64,000 nt of DNA from Laetmonice hystrix (Eukaryota), in assembly GCA_965235115.1 (NCBI GenBank), contig OZ249442.1:18724001-18788000 (forward strand). Direction: 5' to 3'. Shown one piece after another: positions 24,501 through 37,440 of this stretch. The translations under genes were made by a program, and so were the position numbers. Within the stretch, counting starts at the first letter, position 1. Every line of letters starts with the position of its first letter. The notes below the pieces were generated by a model. It made no database searches. It saw only the letters and a list, made by a program, of their open reading frames with translations, and was not told the DNA's origin.

Positions 24501-27500
24501 AGCGGTTCAAGAAAAAAAACAAGACAAATGTAGAATTCATCGCACACCATGATTGATAAAAGCGTCAATGACTGCTTAGATATTTCTGAATGAGCAAAAA
24601 ATGAACGACAATAGGGGCCATATGTCCGATCAGGAGACCACTCAAACAAAAGTGCACTGTTTGCGACAGAAGGTGGCCAGTTTTTTTAGCAGATAGGTAG
24701 ATAAATGGCATTTAGGGAAAGTAGAAGTAATTAGTGTTAAAATACTGGCTGGAAAAGACATTGACAGAGTAGTGCGACAGAACCAAGGAAACGGGACCAA
24801 CATATGTTTAATGCATCAGATTAAGTTTTCTGCACCAGCCACCAAACACTGCTGAAAACATAATGTATGGTAATTATTGAGGACTGAAGAACTTCCTCTC
24901 CGCTTCCCTGCACAAGATAATGAGATGTAATGGGCACTGATAAGACAGTGCATCGTCAGTCCCTAGGGGTAGCAGAGGTGTGGAGCGAACTGGCAAAAGA
25001 CTGAAAACATATAGCAGGTCAAAAGAAGGTTAAAGGAAACAATTTGGTGAAGCTAGTTGACTTTTGGCTGTTGGGCGTGCATTTGTGAATTCTTGGCATG
25101 CGTAGATTTGCCACCCCATGCACTTACATAGGGGTGTATGTTTTTAGAGGTGCGCAACACCATCACCACCCCCATGTGTGATACCATTTGCTTGACTGTT
25201 TATGCCGAGGTGCATGTGCTCTGCGTGTGCATGGGAGCATGCACCCATTGCTTCCCCCCGCCCTCGCCTCCCTCCCCATCCCCTCCCCCCTCCCACTAAG
25301 GACCTTCAGAAGTTGCCAGCATTGGAAGATGAAGAGAGGAGAACGAGGGGGGAACACATTAGCTTGCACACTACCAACCAGGGACCTAAAATGAACAACT
25401 TATAATTATGTGATAATTGCCATGTTTGGCTTGCTACTTGTCAAGCCATAATTACAACCTACCATACATGCTCAGGATGAGATAAAGAAAAGGAATAATT
25501 TTATGGCTCACATTGTTTCCAGCAATACAAGGATCTAATGCACAGCCTGCTCAAACACTCGCCAGCCAGGCTTTGCCCTTCTGGATAATTTGCAACTGGA
25601 ATATAAGATCTTGGTAAATCTTTCCGAGACGTAATTATTAAGAACCAACTGCTTACCTATAATTATTTTCTTGCATGAGTGAAGGGAACCGCATGACTGA
25701 CTACGCATATGGAAAGGAAAGTGTAATTACCCATCAGTAAAAACTTAATTGTTTGACACTTGGATAACACAATACAACATCCAAATTGTGTTAGGCAGGC
25801 CTGTGTAGTGGCGCTCCCTATACGTAATTTCAGAGATCAGTACAATGAACCATATGTCCAGGAAACAAGTCGTGGGGATGAATTCAAAGAAAAAGACAGT
25901 ATTGCCTGGAGGCTCTGCAGGTATTGAGGACCCTCATGCTCTAAAGACATAAATGCGTAACGTCTTTATTGGAGGCCGAAATTAAAACAGGGCGGCAACC
26001 GATTATGGGCAAAGATGTTCCGTCTGTTATGTGGCATGCCTCGGGGCATCCAAGTAAAACCCTGGGTGTGGGAAGGGGCTAACCTTTCCTACTCTTCTAC
26101 CAAACTTAGGTGGATATCGTGTAAGAAAAGATTGATCAAATATGTTTGAACTTTATTTATTAAGTTATTGTATGCTCCCAGTCAGGCGCCTAAAATTATT
26201 GACAGGCGGGCGTTCAGTATATGATCCTGCACGTCTGCTTTCAGTGATCGCCGCAAAAAAGAGAGGCCTGATTTCTCTTAGGCCTACTAGAGCACTGATG
26301 TCAAAATCAGTGTGTCTGGAGTTAGGAGGTCAGGCCGGGAGTTTGAAGTATGCTGTGAGTGGTGAATGACAGTTTGAGACGCTCCTATGACCTGGCCTAA
26401 TGTCTACATGCACTGGCTTGTTTGCTGTAACAGGGGGGCCCTGCAAAGACCATTGGTGAGATATGTATGGTCATGAAGGCCGTTTGTTGATTCGTGTCCC
26501 TTAGGAAAGTAGGAAACATCCCTTAGACAGCCACGTTGACATTGTTCATAGGATGCAGCCTCGGTGGTCGAGGACAAGGCCAAGTTGTCCGACCCTTTGC
26601 CACTGTTGGTACGGTGGCCCGCTTCTGCTATTACAGTCACCGATTACAATAATCAGCAGCGGCCATGCTCGCCAGCTATTACTGCTATTATGACGGGCTA
26701 AATCAGAGCACCAGTCCCCCTGGCCTGAATAAACAGTGGAATGTGGACTAACGTGGTGGAACCCGGTCCCTTGATGACTGACGGTCCCGCCACAGACCTG
26801 TCATCTTCATTGTCAGACCCGTCCCCCAGTGCCCGGCATATTTCTAATTGACCATTGTTGGTCAAGGTGAGCAAAGGTCATTCCTTATCCTCTCTCCCTT
26901 ACACAATCCACTGCACACATTCACCTAGACTCTCCATTTCGCCCTTGTAATATTAAAAGGAAATTGGCATATTAAAGGAAATTGGCTGGCGGATTGAGAC
27001 TTATAATTGCTTACAGGTGTTGGAAATCTATGCCCCTCTTTCTGTTTTTTCCTTAGGTTGGTTGAAAATCCCCTATTCATAACCAAGGGTAATATGTGCA
27101 GTCATTTAAAGGGGTATTATCTGGAATGCTAATATGAATGGAAACTGGTTTGGAGGAGCGGTCCGTTGTCCATCGAGGGTGGTGGTGGGAAGGCAAGTTC
27201 AGTGCTGCTGGTGAACCGGGCTCAATGCCTTTTGATATTAATCTTGGAGATGGGTTGACTTGGGCCTAATAAACAGGTTGACGAGCAGGACTATTGTCAA
27301 ACAGACATCTGGGTCAAGAGCGTACGACGGTGCCACAGCCGCCTCTGCACACAAAAACCTCAGCATTATTTCACGTTGTTGGCCTCCAACTTGTTCTAAT
27401 GTGTTGCAATGTGTTCATGGAGCTTCGTTGACGGTGAATACCCCCCTCACCATTTGACAATGCATGTCTGCCAAGGCTTCCAATTTGAGGGAAGCACTCA

Positions 27501-30500
27501 GCACCGCCAGAGGCAAACAATAACGCATGGATAACTCACGCTCGCCAACTTTTCTTCTTGATAAAGCTGACTGCGGAGGTCTCGTGAAACGGCCCAGTTC
27601 ACAGCTATAGCTTTCCATCTGCCCAACGCATCATTATCATGTACCCGCATTGTTTACGTCAAATTTCAAATACTTTTTTATGTGCGCGTGGGTGTGGGTG
27701 TGTAAGGGTGTTGTCAGCCATTGGCGAGTTTCATACCCCAGGCAAAGAATTCCTTTTTTACAACAGTGGTACAATGGGTCCTTCATTGACTTCATTTACA
27801 AGCAACCAGATGATTTGTTTGGTCATCATTATTTAACCTAATCATTGATTGCGTAGAAATACAGGGATCTGCACCGGTATTGCTTTATTTGGACAGCAAA
27901 TCTCATGTAATAGTTGTGCTCAAGTGTTGTGCACTGAGGAAAAGCATCTTGCAAAACAATGGTCACAACACACTGTGAAGTTTGTGGCCAACAAAAATCA
28001 ACAATGATTCCCATTTCCCAAAGGATAATGGTCCTAATTGTCATGAGATTACATGCATAGAGGCAATGGCTGAGAATTCGTTCATTTCACTAGTGATTAG
28101 TTCAGCAGTCAGAAATGAGATGTCGTGAAAAGCGCAGCAAGAATTGAGCAAAACCTTCTGATAACTGTGGTGAAATTAGTGCAACTGGGCCCCCTGGGGA
28201 CAGCTTCTATTTCTAATTAGTGCCAGATTTAGGGAAAATGCTGGAATATTACGTCGAAAATAACCCCTGTGGTGTGCCATTCTGAGGGGAATCCAATGAA
28301 ACATAGACTGACTGATGATACCATTGTGCAGCTAGATTGTTGACATATTGTTGTCAAGCGGCAACACCACAGCCCGCCATCTCCTAATGCTCATAACTAT
28401 CCCGTTATATCACAAGTAAATTGGTCCATTTTCATGAGGCAACGTATTCATTTGAATTCTTATGAATCACCATGAAGTATTTAATTGGTGTCTTAAAAAT
28501 CGTAAAAGACAAACCTAAAGCAGCAGTATTTTGATGCCTTAATAATGAAGACTTAAAGCCTGCTGCTTGCAACCATGACTAATTTGACATATTCATTCTA
28601 TTTGCAAATGAGTATCAGCGATGAACTTTAAGGAGTGTCACTTTCTAGTTCTGCTGAAGTTGATGTCTGATTAATAATGCATCATGACTGACTGAGGCTG
28701 TCGCTGGGCCCGCCTCACACGAGGCGGGTAGAAAACGCCAAAGACAAGACTAATTTCATGGCGAAACGCTGTATAGCATTTCCATCATACAAAAGTAATA
28801 TTTCTATAAAGCACTTTTGATCTTCTCAAGTCATTGATTTAAATTTGCATATTATGCAGTGATTGGATCATTTTCAACAGAGAGTTCTTTACTTTAGCAC
28901 AGAAATTTAGATGCGATTAATGATACTAGTTGCTTTGCTGTATTAACTACTAGCTCAATTATAATTTGAACAATCTCTCTGACAGTTTGTCTACATACCC
29001 TCAGAAGCCAAATGTGGTGGTAAGAGACTCTGCCGTTCCACCACCCCACCACCATCTCCCCTCATAACTTTGATGGTATGCTGACTCAGTTATCAGGGCC
29101 TTCAGGTAACTGGAATGGTTAAATCCCTTTTTCATATTCAAACTTTGATGGATCTCCCGATCAATCAACAGTAACGCAGAATCAAGCTCCAGGTCCAGTA
29201 CAGACATAGGGTTACTTGCCACTGGGGTTCATCAACAAATTCCGATACCAGGGGAATGGCGGGTATTTCCACTTGGGTGTTCTGTGACGACAGGCAGCCT
29301 CCCACCCCACTGTACCCCTGCTGGTTCTGATTGTAATTAATCCTTTGTTTATGGAGAAATGAAGATGTTATTAATCTGCGGGGTGGACGGCAGGGTAGAA
29401 ATGCAAGCCTGGAGGCAGTGTTTATGTGTGTGCCTCACCTTCGGGCCAGTCGTGTCTCGCGCCCACTGCGTACACCCAGAACGACCACAGACTGCTTGAC
29501 CCTCTTAGTAGGTGTCTCCCTCTACTGGGCCGAGTGAAAAGTTCGCTTTTGTCACACTCTCAGGCGTCGTCCATCCATCAAAGCCAAGTGAGCCGATGGA
29601 CTGGCATAAACCCGACCGATACAGGTAAATGGAGCTGAAAACTGTACCGGATTCGCTCATTGTCTTAGCCATTATAATATAGCTCTACAATACAGGAAAA
29701 CGAATCTCCTGTAATGATAATTATTAATTCTTTAAGTAAATTTGAAAACGCGCTGTATGTTTCTATACCCACCCACCCTTTTTGGTTTCAATAGCCTCCG
29801 ACTATTTATGAGTATCCAGATTGAGCAGGTGTATAGGAAAGAGCCACAGGATTTCGCACACACAAAAGAAATGGAAAAGGTCGAATCGAACGTTAGGCCT
29901 AAATAAATTCCACCGGTTTTGCTGATATGGCATAGAAGCGTCTAAATAAAACCAAATGTATCACATGCCTAAAGGGTTCTGTATCTACAATTGTAGACTG
30001 CTAAAACACTAATTATGAACGTTTTTGCCACATCAACATCGAGATATTAACATAAATAGCATTAGCTGGAAAAGCAAAATGTTCGGCAAAAATGTTTTAT
30101 TTTGTCAAATGTATGAGGCAGTGTGGTAAAATACTGGGACAAACGTTTTTGTATGTACAAGCGTGCCGTTTAACAGTCAATAAGTGGGGGCCTGAAATAG
30201 AATTTTTAACGAGATAATATTATGTAGGTATGTAAACGATATAAAACACTGGAATGCTTAATAGAGTACTTAACATTCTATATTGCATTACTTTACATTC
30301 ATTAGTGAGGGAGAAATGTACCGTTACAGACTCAGTGGTTTGGGTAGGAGTGGGGATTGAGGCTTAGGTTCTGTAATTACTCTGTACTTGTGGCTCAGGG
30401 CGATCTTATCACCACACTGGAAGTATTATTTCTTGTAAGTTAGTAGGATGGTAAATTGTGATACATGTTTAATACACCTATGATTAGACGTCCCTAATCA

Positions 30501-32341
30501 CAAATTCAAACTCTCTGGAGCTCTGCTGCTCCGCTTCTTGAATAAGTTGACGTCATGAAGTATAGAAAACCAAGTGATGTAGGGAGTAAAGATGAACTTT
30601 GCAGAGGAAGGACAGACAGTATGGAATGAGCTACAGTCCGCCTGGGCCCGATGTCTAGCGGCTGGTGGTCAGAGCAGGGCCCGGGGAGAAGGCGGCCCCA
30701 AGCCTGGCGCTGTGTCACCTCTCTCCGGACCTGACTCCCCCTCCCCCTATTGTACACATTCTGTACACATGGTGGCGACACTTGGTTGGTTGGAGCTTGG
30801 CCGTACGTGGCACAGCGCCGGGCGAGCAACTCGCCGGCTCGGAGACGTCCCTCACCCGCCTTGCCACGTGCAACCGGGGTTAGCAATGCTCCTCTTATTA
30901 GATAATCGACCAGTTTGAAAATAAGCAATAAATGTCAATACCCAAGTGGCATGAAGCCTTAAAGGACACCGGCCTGTGTCTCAAGTTAGTATCGGTAACG
31001 GTAGCAGTGGTTTCTAAATATCAAATCCTATTTCAGATTTTCATGAATGAAGACGGAAGAACCGGGCAGTGCTTCCTGTGTCAAAACTGTCAGAAAGAGG
31101 TGGCCCGTACCTTTCAATCATTGAATATAATAGAGTAATATTCAATGGAAGAAAATAGACAGGGTTTTAATACTTTAGGAATAAATAGTAAGGAAATACA
31201 TTTCTATGTTAGTCACATTCATTTTGCCTTCTCCGAAATAGGTGTAACCATACAAAAACAAGTCTTTTTGAGAAAGTTCACATCATTATGACTTAAAGTA
31301 ACGTTCATGAATATGTGTGTTCTCATGAAGGAAGTCAGTCCCGTGACCGAAAGTCTGCATAACGCCATGTGGACTGATTGCGGATATTAGGTCGAAGAAC
31401 ATGTCTTTATAATAGAGGGGAAATCTCCTACACCACTCCGTACACCGTGGCTGTGTTGGTGGGGGCGGGGGAGGCCCCTGAAAGGGTTTTTTTGCATGGG
31501 TTCATTGACCTGACTCACCTCGTATGAGATTTGAGTGGGGAAGGTCTCGCGGGTTTATTAGCCGTTGTAATGAACAAGAGTTAGCAATGAAGGAAAGAAA
31601 GGGGGGATCGTTCAATCCCTCTCGGCCATATGTTCATAAATTGTGGTGTCACACTATGTCATGAACTACCAGTGCGTTTAGATATTTTGAGGCTTCCGTT
31701 TTCTGAACATATTCAGTGTTTTCAATTTGCATTTGAATGGACACATTATCAATTTACCAGCTGTGCTGAGTTATACAATCCACTCTGGTCCGATTAGAAT
31801 TCTAAAGCCTTTAATGACGGTTGCAGACACGAAGGCTACAGCGGTCATTTATAGACTAACTCTGACACTGTAATACACAATTCAGAAAAAGGGTCAATAC
31901 ATCACTGTTTTTATAGAGTGATTATCATTAAGTATTAATTAGTACCTATCAGCATCAAAAGTGAGGATAAAGCAGAGTCAGTGCAATAACTAATATGTAA
32001 TTGGAAAATTCCATTAGGATGGCATTGGAAGGGTGCCAAAGCCTGGAAATGTTATTTGTTTAGGTAATGGATTCAGTGTACGGTTCAAAATCCAGGTATG
32101 AGGAACGCAGCAGGTGCGTGGTGTCAGTGGCGAAAAGTAACTTTTTACAAATAGCTTCGTGTCGAAACAACTGGTCAAGGTGGGAAAGACCCAAGACGTT
32201 GTATTTCGGAGGGAATGCGTGGGTTTAGGTAATGCAGGTGGATCAGTGAACTGGTGATCTGTAGGGGAGGGGGGGGGTCAGGTTGGTTCGAGGCGGCAGC
32301 AGGACTGAGACGAGTGTATGTACAGTAGGACCTTCGTGTTA

Positions 32342-32354
32342 CCGCCAGGTGGCA
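32342..32354 (+). promoter_or_regulatory. CTCF-core-like motif CCGCCAGGTGGCA
   Basis: Near-consensus. Motif match only. Confidence 0.35.
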
Positions 32355-32396
32355 ACCAGCGCATACAGCCATGTCAACAGCAGCTCACTGGCCGCT

Positions 32397-32537
32397 GCCC
32401 TGTATCGGACACGAGGAGTTGGTCTCTCATGGTGTCACACCGCCGTCCTGTATCGGACACGAGGAGTTGGTCTCTCATGGTGTCACACCGCTGTCCTGTA
32501 TCGGACACGAGGAGTTGGTCTCTCATGGTGTCACACC
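32397..32537. repeat. 3 x 48-bp tandem repeat
   Basis: tgtatcggacacgaggagttggtctctcatggtgtcacacc recurs at 32401, 32449 and 32497 (period 48), nearly identical. Confidence 0.95.
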
Positions 32538-32696
32538 CACGAAATTGTGGGCAGGAGATAGGCATAGGTTTCTGTGGAGAGGTCTGCGGGCCGAGGATAG
32601 GAGTTACTGTTAGGTTTGAGGCTGGGGATAAATTTATAGTTCTTACCACAACATTTCATAGTCTACGTTTTGGGATCTACCCTAACGGGAAGTTAA

Positions 32697-33018
32697 AGTG
32701 ACACCCAAAACTTCAAAGATACTTACCTTTGAACTCCAGTGACACCAGGTTAGAATTTCAGGTTCGAGCGATTAGCAAAAGTATTTTTAAAATGGAATGG
32801 AAAAATATGTCTCCGCTGCTCTCCTGACTTCCACTCTGATTCCGCTAGCTCCCAGCCCGCGCTGGCTTCAGAAAATAGCGGTCGGACCGAACGGTACCTT
32901 TGGGCCCTAATATAACTCCATTTAAAAAAAATACTTTCACTTATCACTCGAACCTGAAATATTAACATGGTGTCACTGAGGTTCAAAGGTAAATATTTGA
33001 GGAATTTGGGATGCCACG
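32697..33018. mobile_element. Non-autonomous DNA transposon (MITE) with ~100-bp TIRs and TTAA flanks, Kolobok-type
   Basis: TTAA at 32693-32696 and 33019-33022. Left arm 32697-~32797 is the reverse complement of ~32915-33018 at roughly 80% by hand alignment (shared ttacctttgaac, cagtgacacca, atttcaggttcgag). Left end starts with AG, fitting the Kolobok RR...YY rule rather than piggyBac CCC/CAC; the right terminal base is diverged. No transposase ORF. Confidence 0.8.
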
Positions 33019-33817
33019 TTAACCTTTGTTTCATGGTACACATCCTTGACTTTGGTCAGATTTAGGAAACCTCGGTATCGTTTTACCATTATTTCTAAAA
33101 GTAGCGGACAATTGATATTGATGGGGGAAAGTAATAGGAAACAGAAATCGTGACTCCTTATGACTCCATTTATTTTTTTATGGGATAGAATGTCGAGTTT
33201 TCGTAACGTTATGTACCGTACATCATTCCATTCAGTTGTCAAAATTAGGATACATGAATGGGAGGTAGAATCCATTGAAGTTGAAATATACAACATCAAG
33301 AATATGCTAGAATAGAAGAAGGGTGGGGAAAAAGACCAAAAAATACTGAATGAATGCTGCATTGGGAATGCTTGCTGACATATATTACAGGAAGTATACA
33401 CTGCGAAAAACAGTACTAAATAATTAATTTTAGGCAATTTTGCAAATATGTCTCGACCTCCCGCATCTATAAAATCAATGGCCTGTGACCATAAATAAGG
33501 TAGCAGCGGCTACTGTTATAAAACATGTCAAAGAGTACCTGAGCGGCATTAATATACACCTGTGTGGAACTATGTGCACAGAGGAGTGAGAGTCATTTGG
33601 AGGTTTGGCATTTTCCTGCGTCATTAAATCGTAATTGAAATATGGGAATATAGACCTTATGTAACATGTAAAATATTGACGAATCAATTGGTTACGCCAG
33701 TGTGGAACAGCCAGATCGGATAGCATTATTTATAGGTTTTAAAACTCCCTTATTGCTGGTTTATGGCATAAAGTTCCTCAAGCATTAACGAAAAAACATC
33801 GATTTGGAGACCTAGAA

Positions 33818-33940
33818 TGGTCATTCCGCAGGGTGACATTCCTATGGCATTTGAGGTAAAGGTGAGGGTTAGGAGCAGGGCTAGGGATAGGTATAAGTTT
33901 TCTTGAGGTCTGGGGACCCGGTATAGAGATTAGGATTATG
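33818..33940 (+). repeat. Dispersed repeat fragment: one diverged 68-bp-family monomer plus flank, inverted relative to the 47-48.6 kb array
   Basis: 33839-33914 aligns to the reverse complement of ~48595-48666 at about three-quarters identity by hand, including gggttagg-gcaggg, ataagttt and ttgaggtctggggac. Confidence 0.75.
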
Positions 33941-35295
33941 CTTGGTGCTAGGAAACGTAATAAACTTTAGTTTTTCCTCCCCGATTTTATATCCATGCAT
34001 GGGGGATGGAGAATCTGCCCCCATAATGTGACCAACAATCTAGCATTCTGTCGAGAAAATAGGCCTGGCTGTAAATTAACGAACTCCGTTTTTTCCTTGA
34101 TATCAAAACACATTCTACATAGTTTCTCCTTTCAAAGCCTTTTCTGCCGATAGTATATTAAATGCAATTTGCTTACATCTAATAGCTGGAAAAACTGTTA
34201 TGGTGACGTAGTCATGATCCATGACGCATAGTGTGTGTATCATGATGCCATATAATTCTCCATTAACATGAGGTGTGCGTAGAGGTCTCATCGGCCCCAC
34301 CCAAGTAATCGGTGTTTTCAAAGATTGTCGTAATTAACAGAAGACGATATGACCTGGACAACCATCACCGCAAACTGTCTTTATTCTTCTCTATGATTTT
34401 GAAAGCGCAGAAGGCAAAAAGCCACTAAATAGAACTCCACCTTAAATAAGACGGAAAGGCCGGCGATGTTTTATGGAATTGAGAAAAAGATTATGAACAA
34501 GCTGTCAGGCTCCTACGCTTCCGAGCTACTCCTGCCCAAGGCAATTGATCTAACTTCAGTTCAGGTATGCGATTGGCTGATATTGCAGAGACACCAGGAA
34601 TGGGTCGGAGACAAGTGATGTGCAAAATCAATCACATTATGACAGAGATCAATATGACGACTATGATAAGGATTAATCACAGTGATCAATAAGTCCGGTG
34701 GACGACCTCCAAACGCAGGTCGTTAAGACGCTGACCCGGCCTGGCCCTGTTACTAATGGCCCCCAACCATGTAACAAAGAAGTCACAGCAGAGATCGGCC
34801 GGCCATCAGCCATCCACCAACCCACTGACAGTTTGAATTTGAAGAAATAAATAGGCTTGGCGCAGTCATTGAGATTGACCGATTCTAGCCGTTGCTGTGG
34901 GAAAATGTTGCGATTACAGTTGGATTCTGGTGCAGTGTGAGGGGAGCAATTCAGAGTATAAGGACTGCAGGATCAATAGATACCACTGCTCAAAAAGATA
35001 TACTTAAACGTCACATACATTAAAACTTTTAGGTTTACCACTTTGGGAGTGACATAGACGACGGCCCAGGAGAATCCATAAATTTATTTGTCTATTGGTC
35101 GGTCTAGAGATGTAGTCTGGAGATAGCTTGGTTTTCGTCACCTCACGAGACATATTTGCGAGGAAATAGTAAACTAGTAGATTCAATATCCAGATAAAAT
35201 AGGATACAAAATGAGCTTAGTAAAGTGGAGTCGGGCAAGGTTGACTAAGAAAGACATCTTTCCACACTACTTAATGTTCAACCCGAAGACTGGGA

Positions 35296-35376
35296 GACTG
35301 TAAGTAGAAAGTGTGAGATGGTGACTGTAAGTAGAAAGTGTGAGATGGTGACTGTAAGTAGAAAGTGTGAGAAGGT
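35296..35376. repeat. 3 x 27-bp tandem repeat GACTGTAAGTAGAAAGTGTGAGATGGT
   Basis: Copies at 35296, 35323 and 35350; one mismatch in the third. Confidence 0.95.
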
Positions 35377-37059
35377 CACTTCACTACTTGCAGACTCCGG
35401 GATTCAGGGAGATACGTTTGAATGCCATGACAGTGTTTTATCTGATTAAGAGTTAGGTTGATTCAGACAGTGGCCATTCGGACTCAGAGCCTGTGATCGG
35501 AATAAAAATCATACTGAAACTATCAACCGTTTCATCAGTCGAGTATGAAACAGTTTAATTACACATACATACTTAAAAATGACGAGTTTGGTGGTGTGTT
35601 TCCTTGTCAGCCTAATGAATCCTACTCTGCTACTTCCATGGTTGAGAACAACCCTCCTCGATGAGCGAGCTGCCTCGTGTCATAGTCGAGTTCTCCACCA
35701 TTAAGAAGTTCCACTATTGCTAGGCAACCCTGGTCAGATGACCTTCACCCCAGAGGCTGACCTTTGGGCAAGGTCAGCGTCCAGCCCTGTGTCCGGCAGA
35801 GGAGTTATGACGCATCTCTGCCCAGTGATGGATGCGACTCTGCCATGCTCTACCTATTCATTCCATTAGTGCAAAAACACCCCACTCCTGTGCCAGCCTC
35901 GGCAAATTGAATATTGTTAATATCCATCTCTCGCTGACCCATTAGTTATTCACACAGAATTATAGCAGGCCACTTGCAGCCCCGGCCGGATGGCCACCAC
36001 CCCGCCTTCTAAAAGCCCGGAGGTCGATCCTTTTGTGGCTACTGACATATCGTCCAACAACAAATTAAAATTCATATCTATCAGAGGAGATCTGAATAGA
36101 AACATAATATTTCGTAACACTAGCTGGTGTCTCTGGCCAGTGTCACCCACCCGGTGGACCCGATATAACGCCAGGTTAGGTCAGCCCTTCCTGTGTCAGA
36201 TTAACCGGCGTGTTGGGGCGGTGGGGTAGTATTTAGAAGAAAATATCTCTAGATTTGGACGGTATTATACACGGCACCGTCCATTGTTTCCGTGGTGAGG
36301 TTGGTTTGGGTTGGCGTGTCGGGCTGGCTGACCGCTATACACAGCCAGAGTTGGGCGATGTGCGTGCCATGCGGCCTGACACTAGACCTCAGCGTCTCAG
36401 GCAGTGTGACGCTATTTTGGCTGGTCCCAGTGTGGCCATATTTGGTGGAGAGATACTCAGTTGTGGCATGTGCGTATTAATTGTGGCTGAACATGGTTGC
36501 CACGGCTGCTCACCTCAGTGCCAGAGGCACGCTCTCTCATTGGCTGGGCAGCCCGCTGCCATTAGCAACTGACCTTGAGGATGGAGGGCACTGGTCGGCC
36601 ATATTGATATGCATAATGATGTTAGGCTGTCAAAATTAGAGGCTCCTACAAGGCCAAGACTCAAGAGGCTTGCTGACTTTTCTCGGCCTCTTGCTCTAGA
36701 CTGTAGCCTGGGTTGGGTAGCAGAGGCGAGGCTATCGCTAAGTGCTCCATCAACTTTGTGAAGAGCTGTGAACTTTAGATGAATGCTAAAATCATATGTA
36801 TACGCGAAAATGAAATAAAAAGGTCACCCCAGGTTGATGAAAGCCACATGGTTTGACGCCGAGTGGGAGGAATTCGCAGCCGTCTTGATGGTGGGATGCT
36901 GATCGTGTGGGAAAGAAATAGCTTGATGAAAAGTAATTTTTTTCTTGGTGCTTGTTTTGAATATCTGTTTTGTAGTTACGTTTGAAGTGCTAGTGCTTTA
37001 TAAATCTAGTGCATTATATGGCTATAGTTGTACAGTGATCAGGACAGATGCTTCAGTCG

Positions 37060-37440
37060 ACTTCGTTACTTTCTGCTAGGATCTCCCTAATGGGATAATT
37101 CCGGCCGAGGTGGCGTGCCATGGGCCTGATATGATTGTTAGTGCAGCTATTGTAAGGTTTAGCAGTTCTCATATAGGTTCGGGTTTGCATGTAATGGACG
37201 ATTCCGGTCGGCTTTTTACTGAGAAGGGTCATCAGTCATTGTTTGTCCCAGTGCTCAAACGGTGACAGGCAAACTTCACGGCCATACAGATAAACCACTG
37301 AGGGTATGGTCAGGGATTAATTTAAGCATGGCACGATAAATTGTTCCTAACTTATAGAGCATTTGTATTGGTTTGGGACTGCGTAGCTGAGTGTCGGTAT
37401 AAGATAATGGTGGAGGGGTGATGAGAAGGTCTAAATATTT
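37060..37440 (-). mobile_element. Possible highly decayed LINE (non-LTR retrotransposon) post-RT remnant
   Basis: Minus-strand peptides in LINE-like order: KYLDLLI (from 37440), then after a frameshift LYGREV (37289), HWDKQ* and LGRNYPI (37109). These resemble the KYLG / LYGxEVW / WDK / ELGRYP motifs. Spacing is imperfect and the match is by eye. Confidence 0.35.

Noticed and set aside
26867-26876. 10-nt match to the miR-87 5' end
   Set aside because: The rest of the mature sequence does not match and there is no precursor hairpin.
27904-27965. CNSCAQVLC..H B-box-like peptide
   Set aside because: Zinc ligands are incomplete and there are no splice signals.
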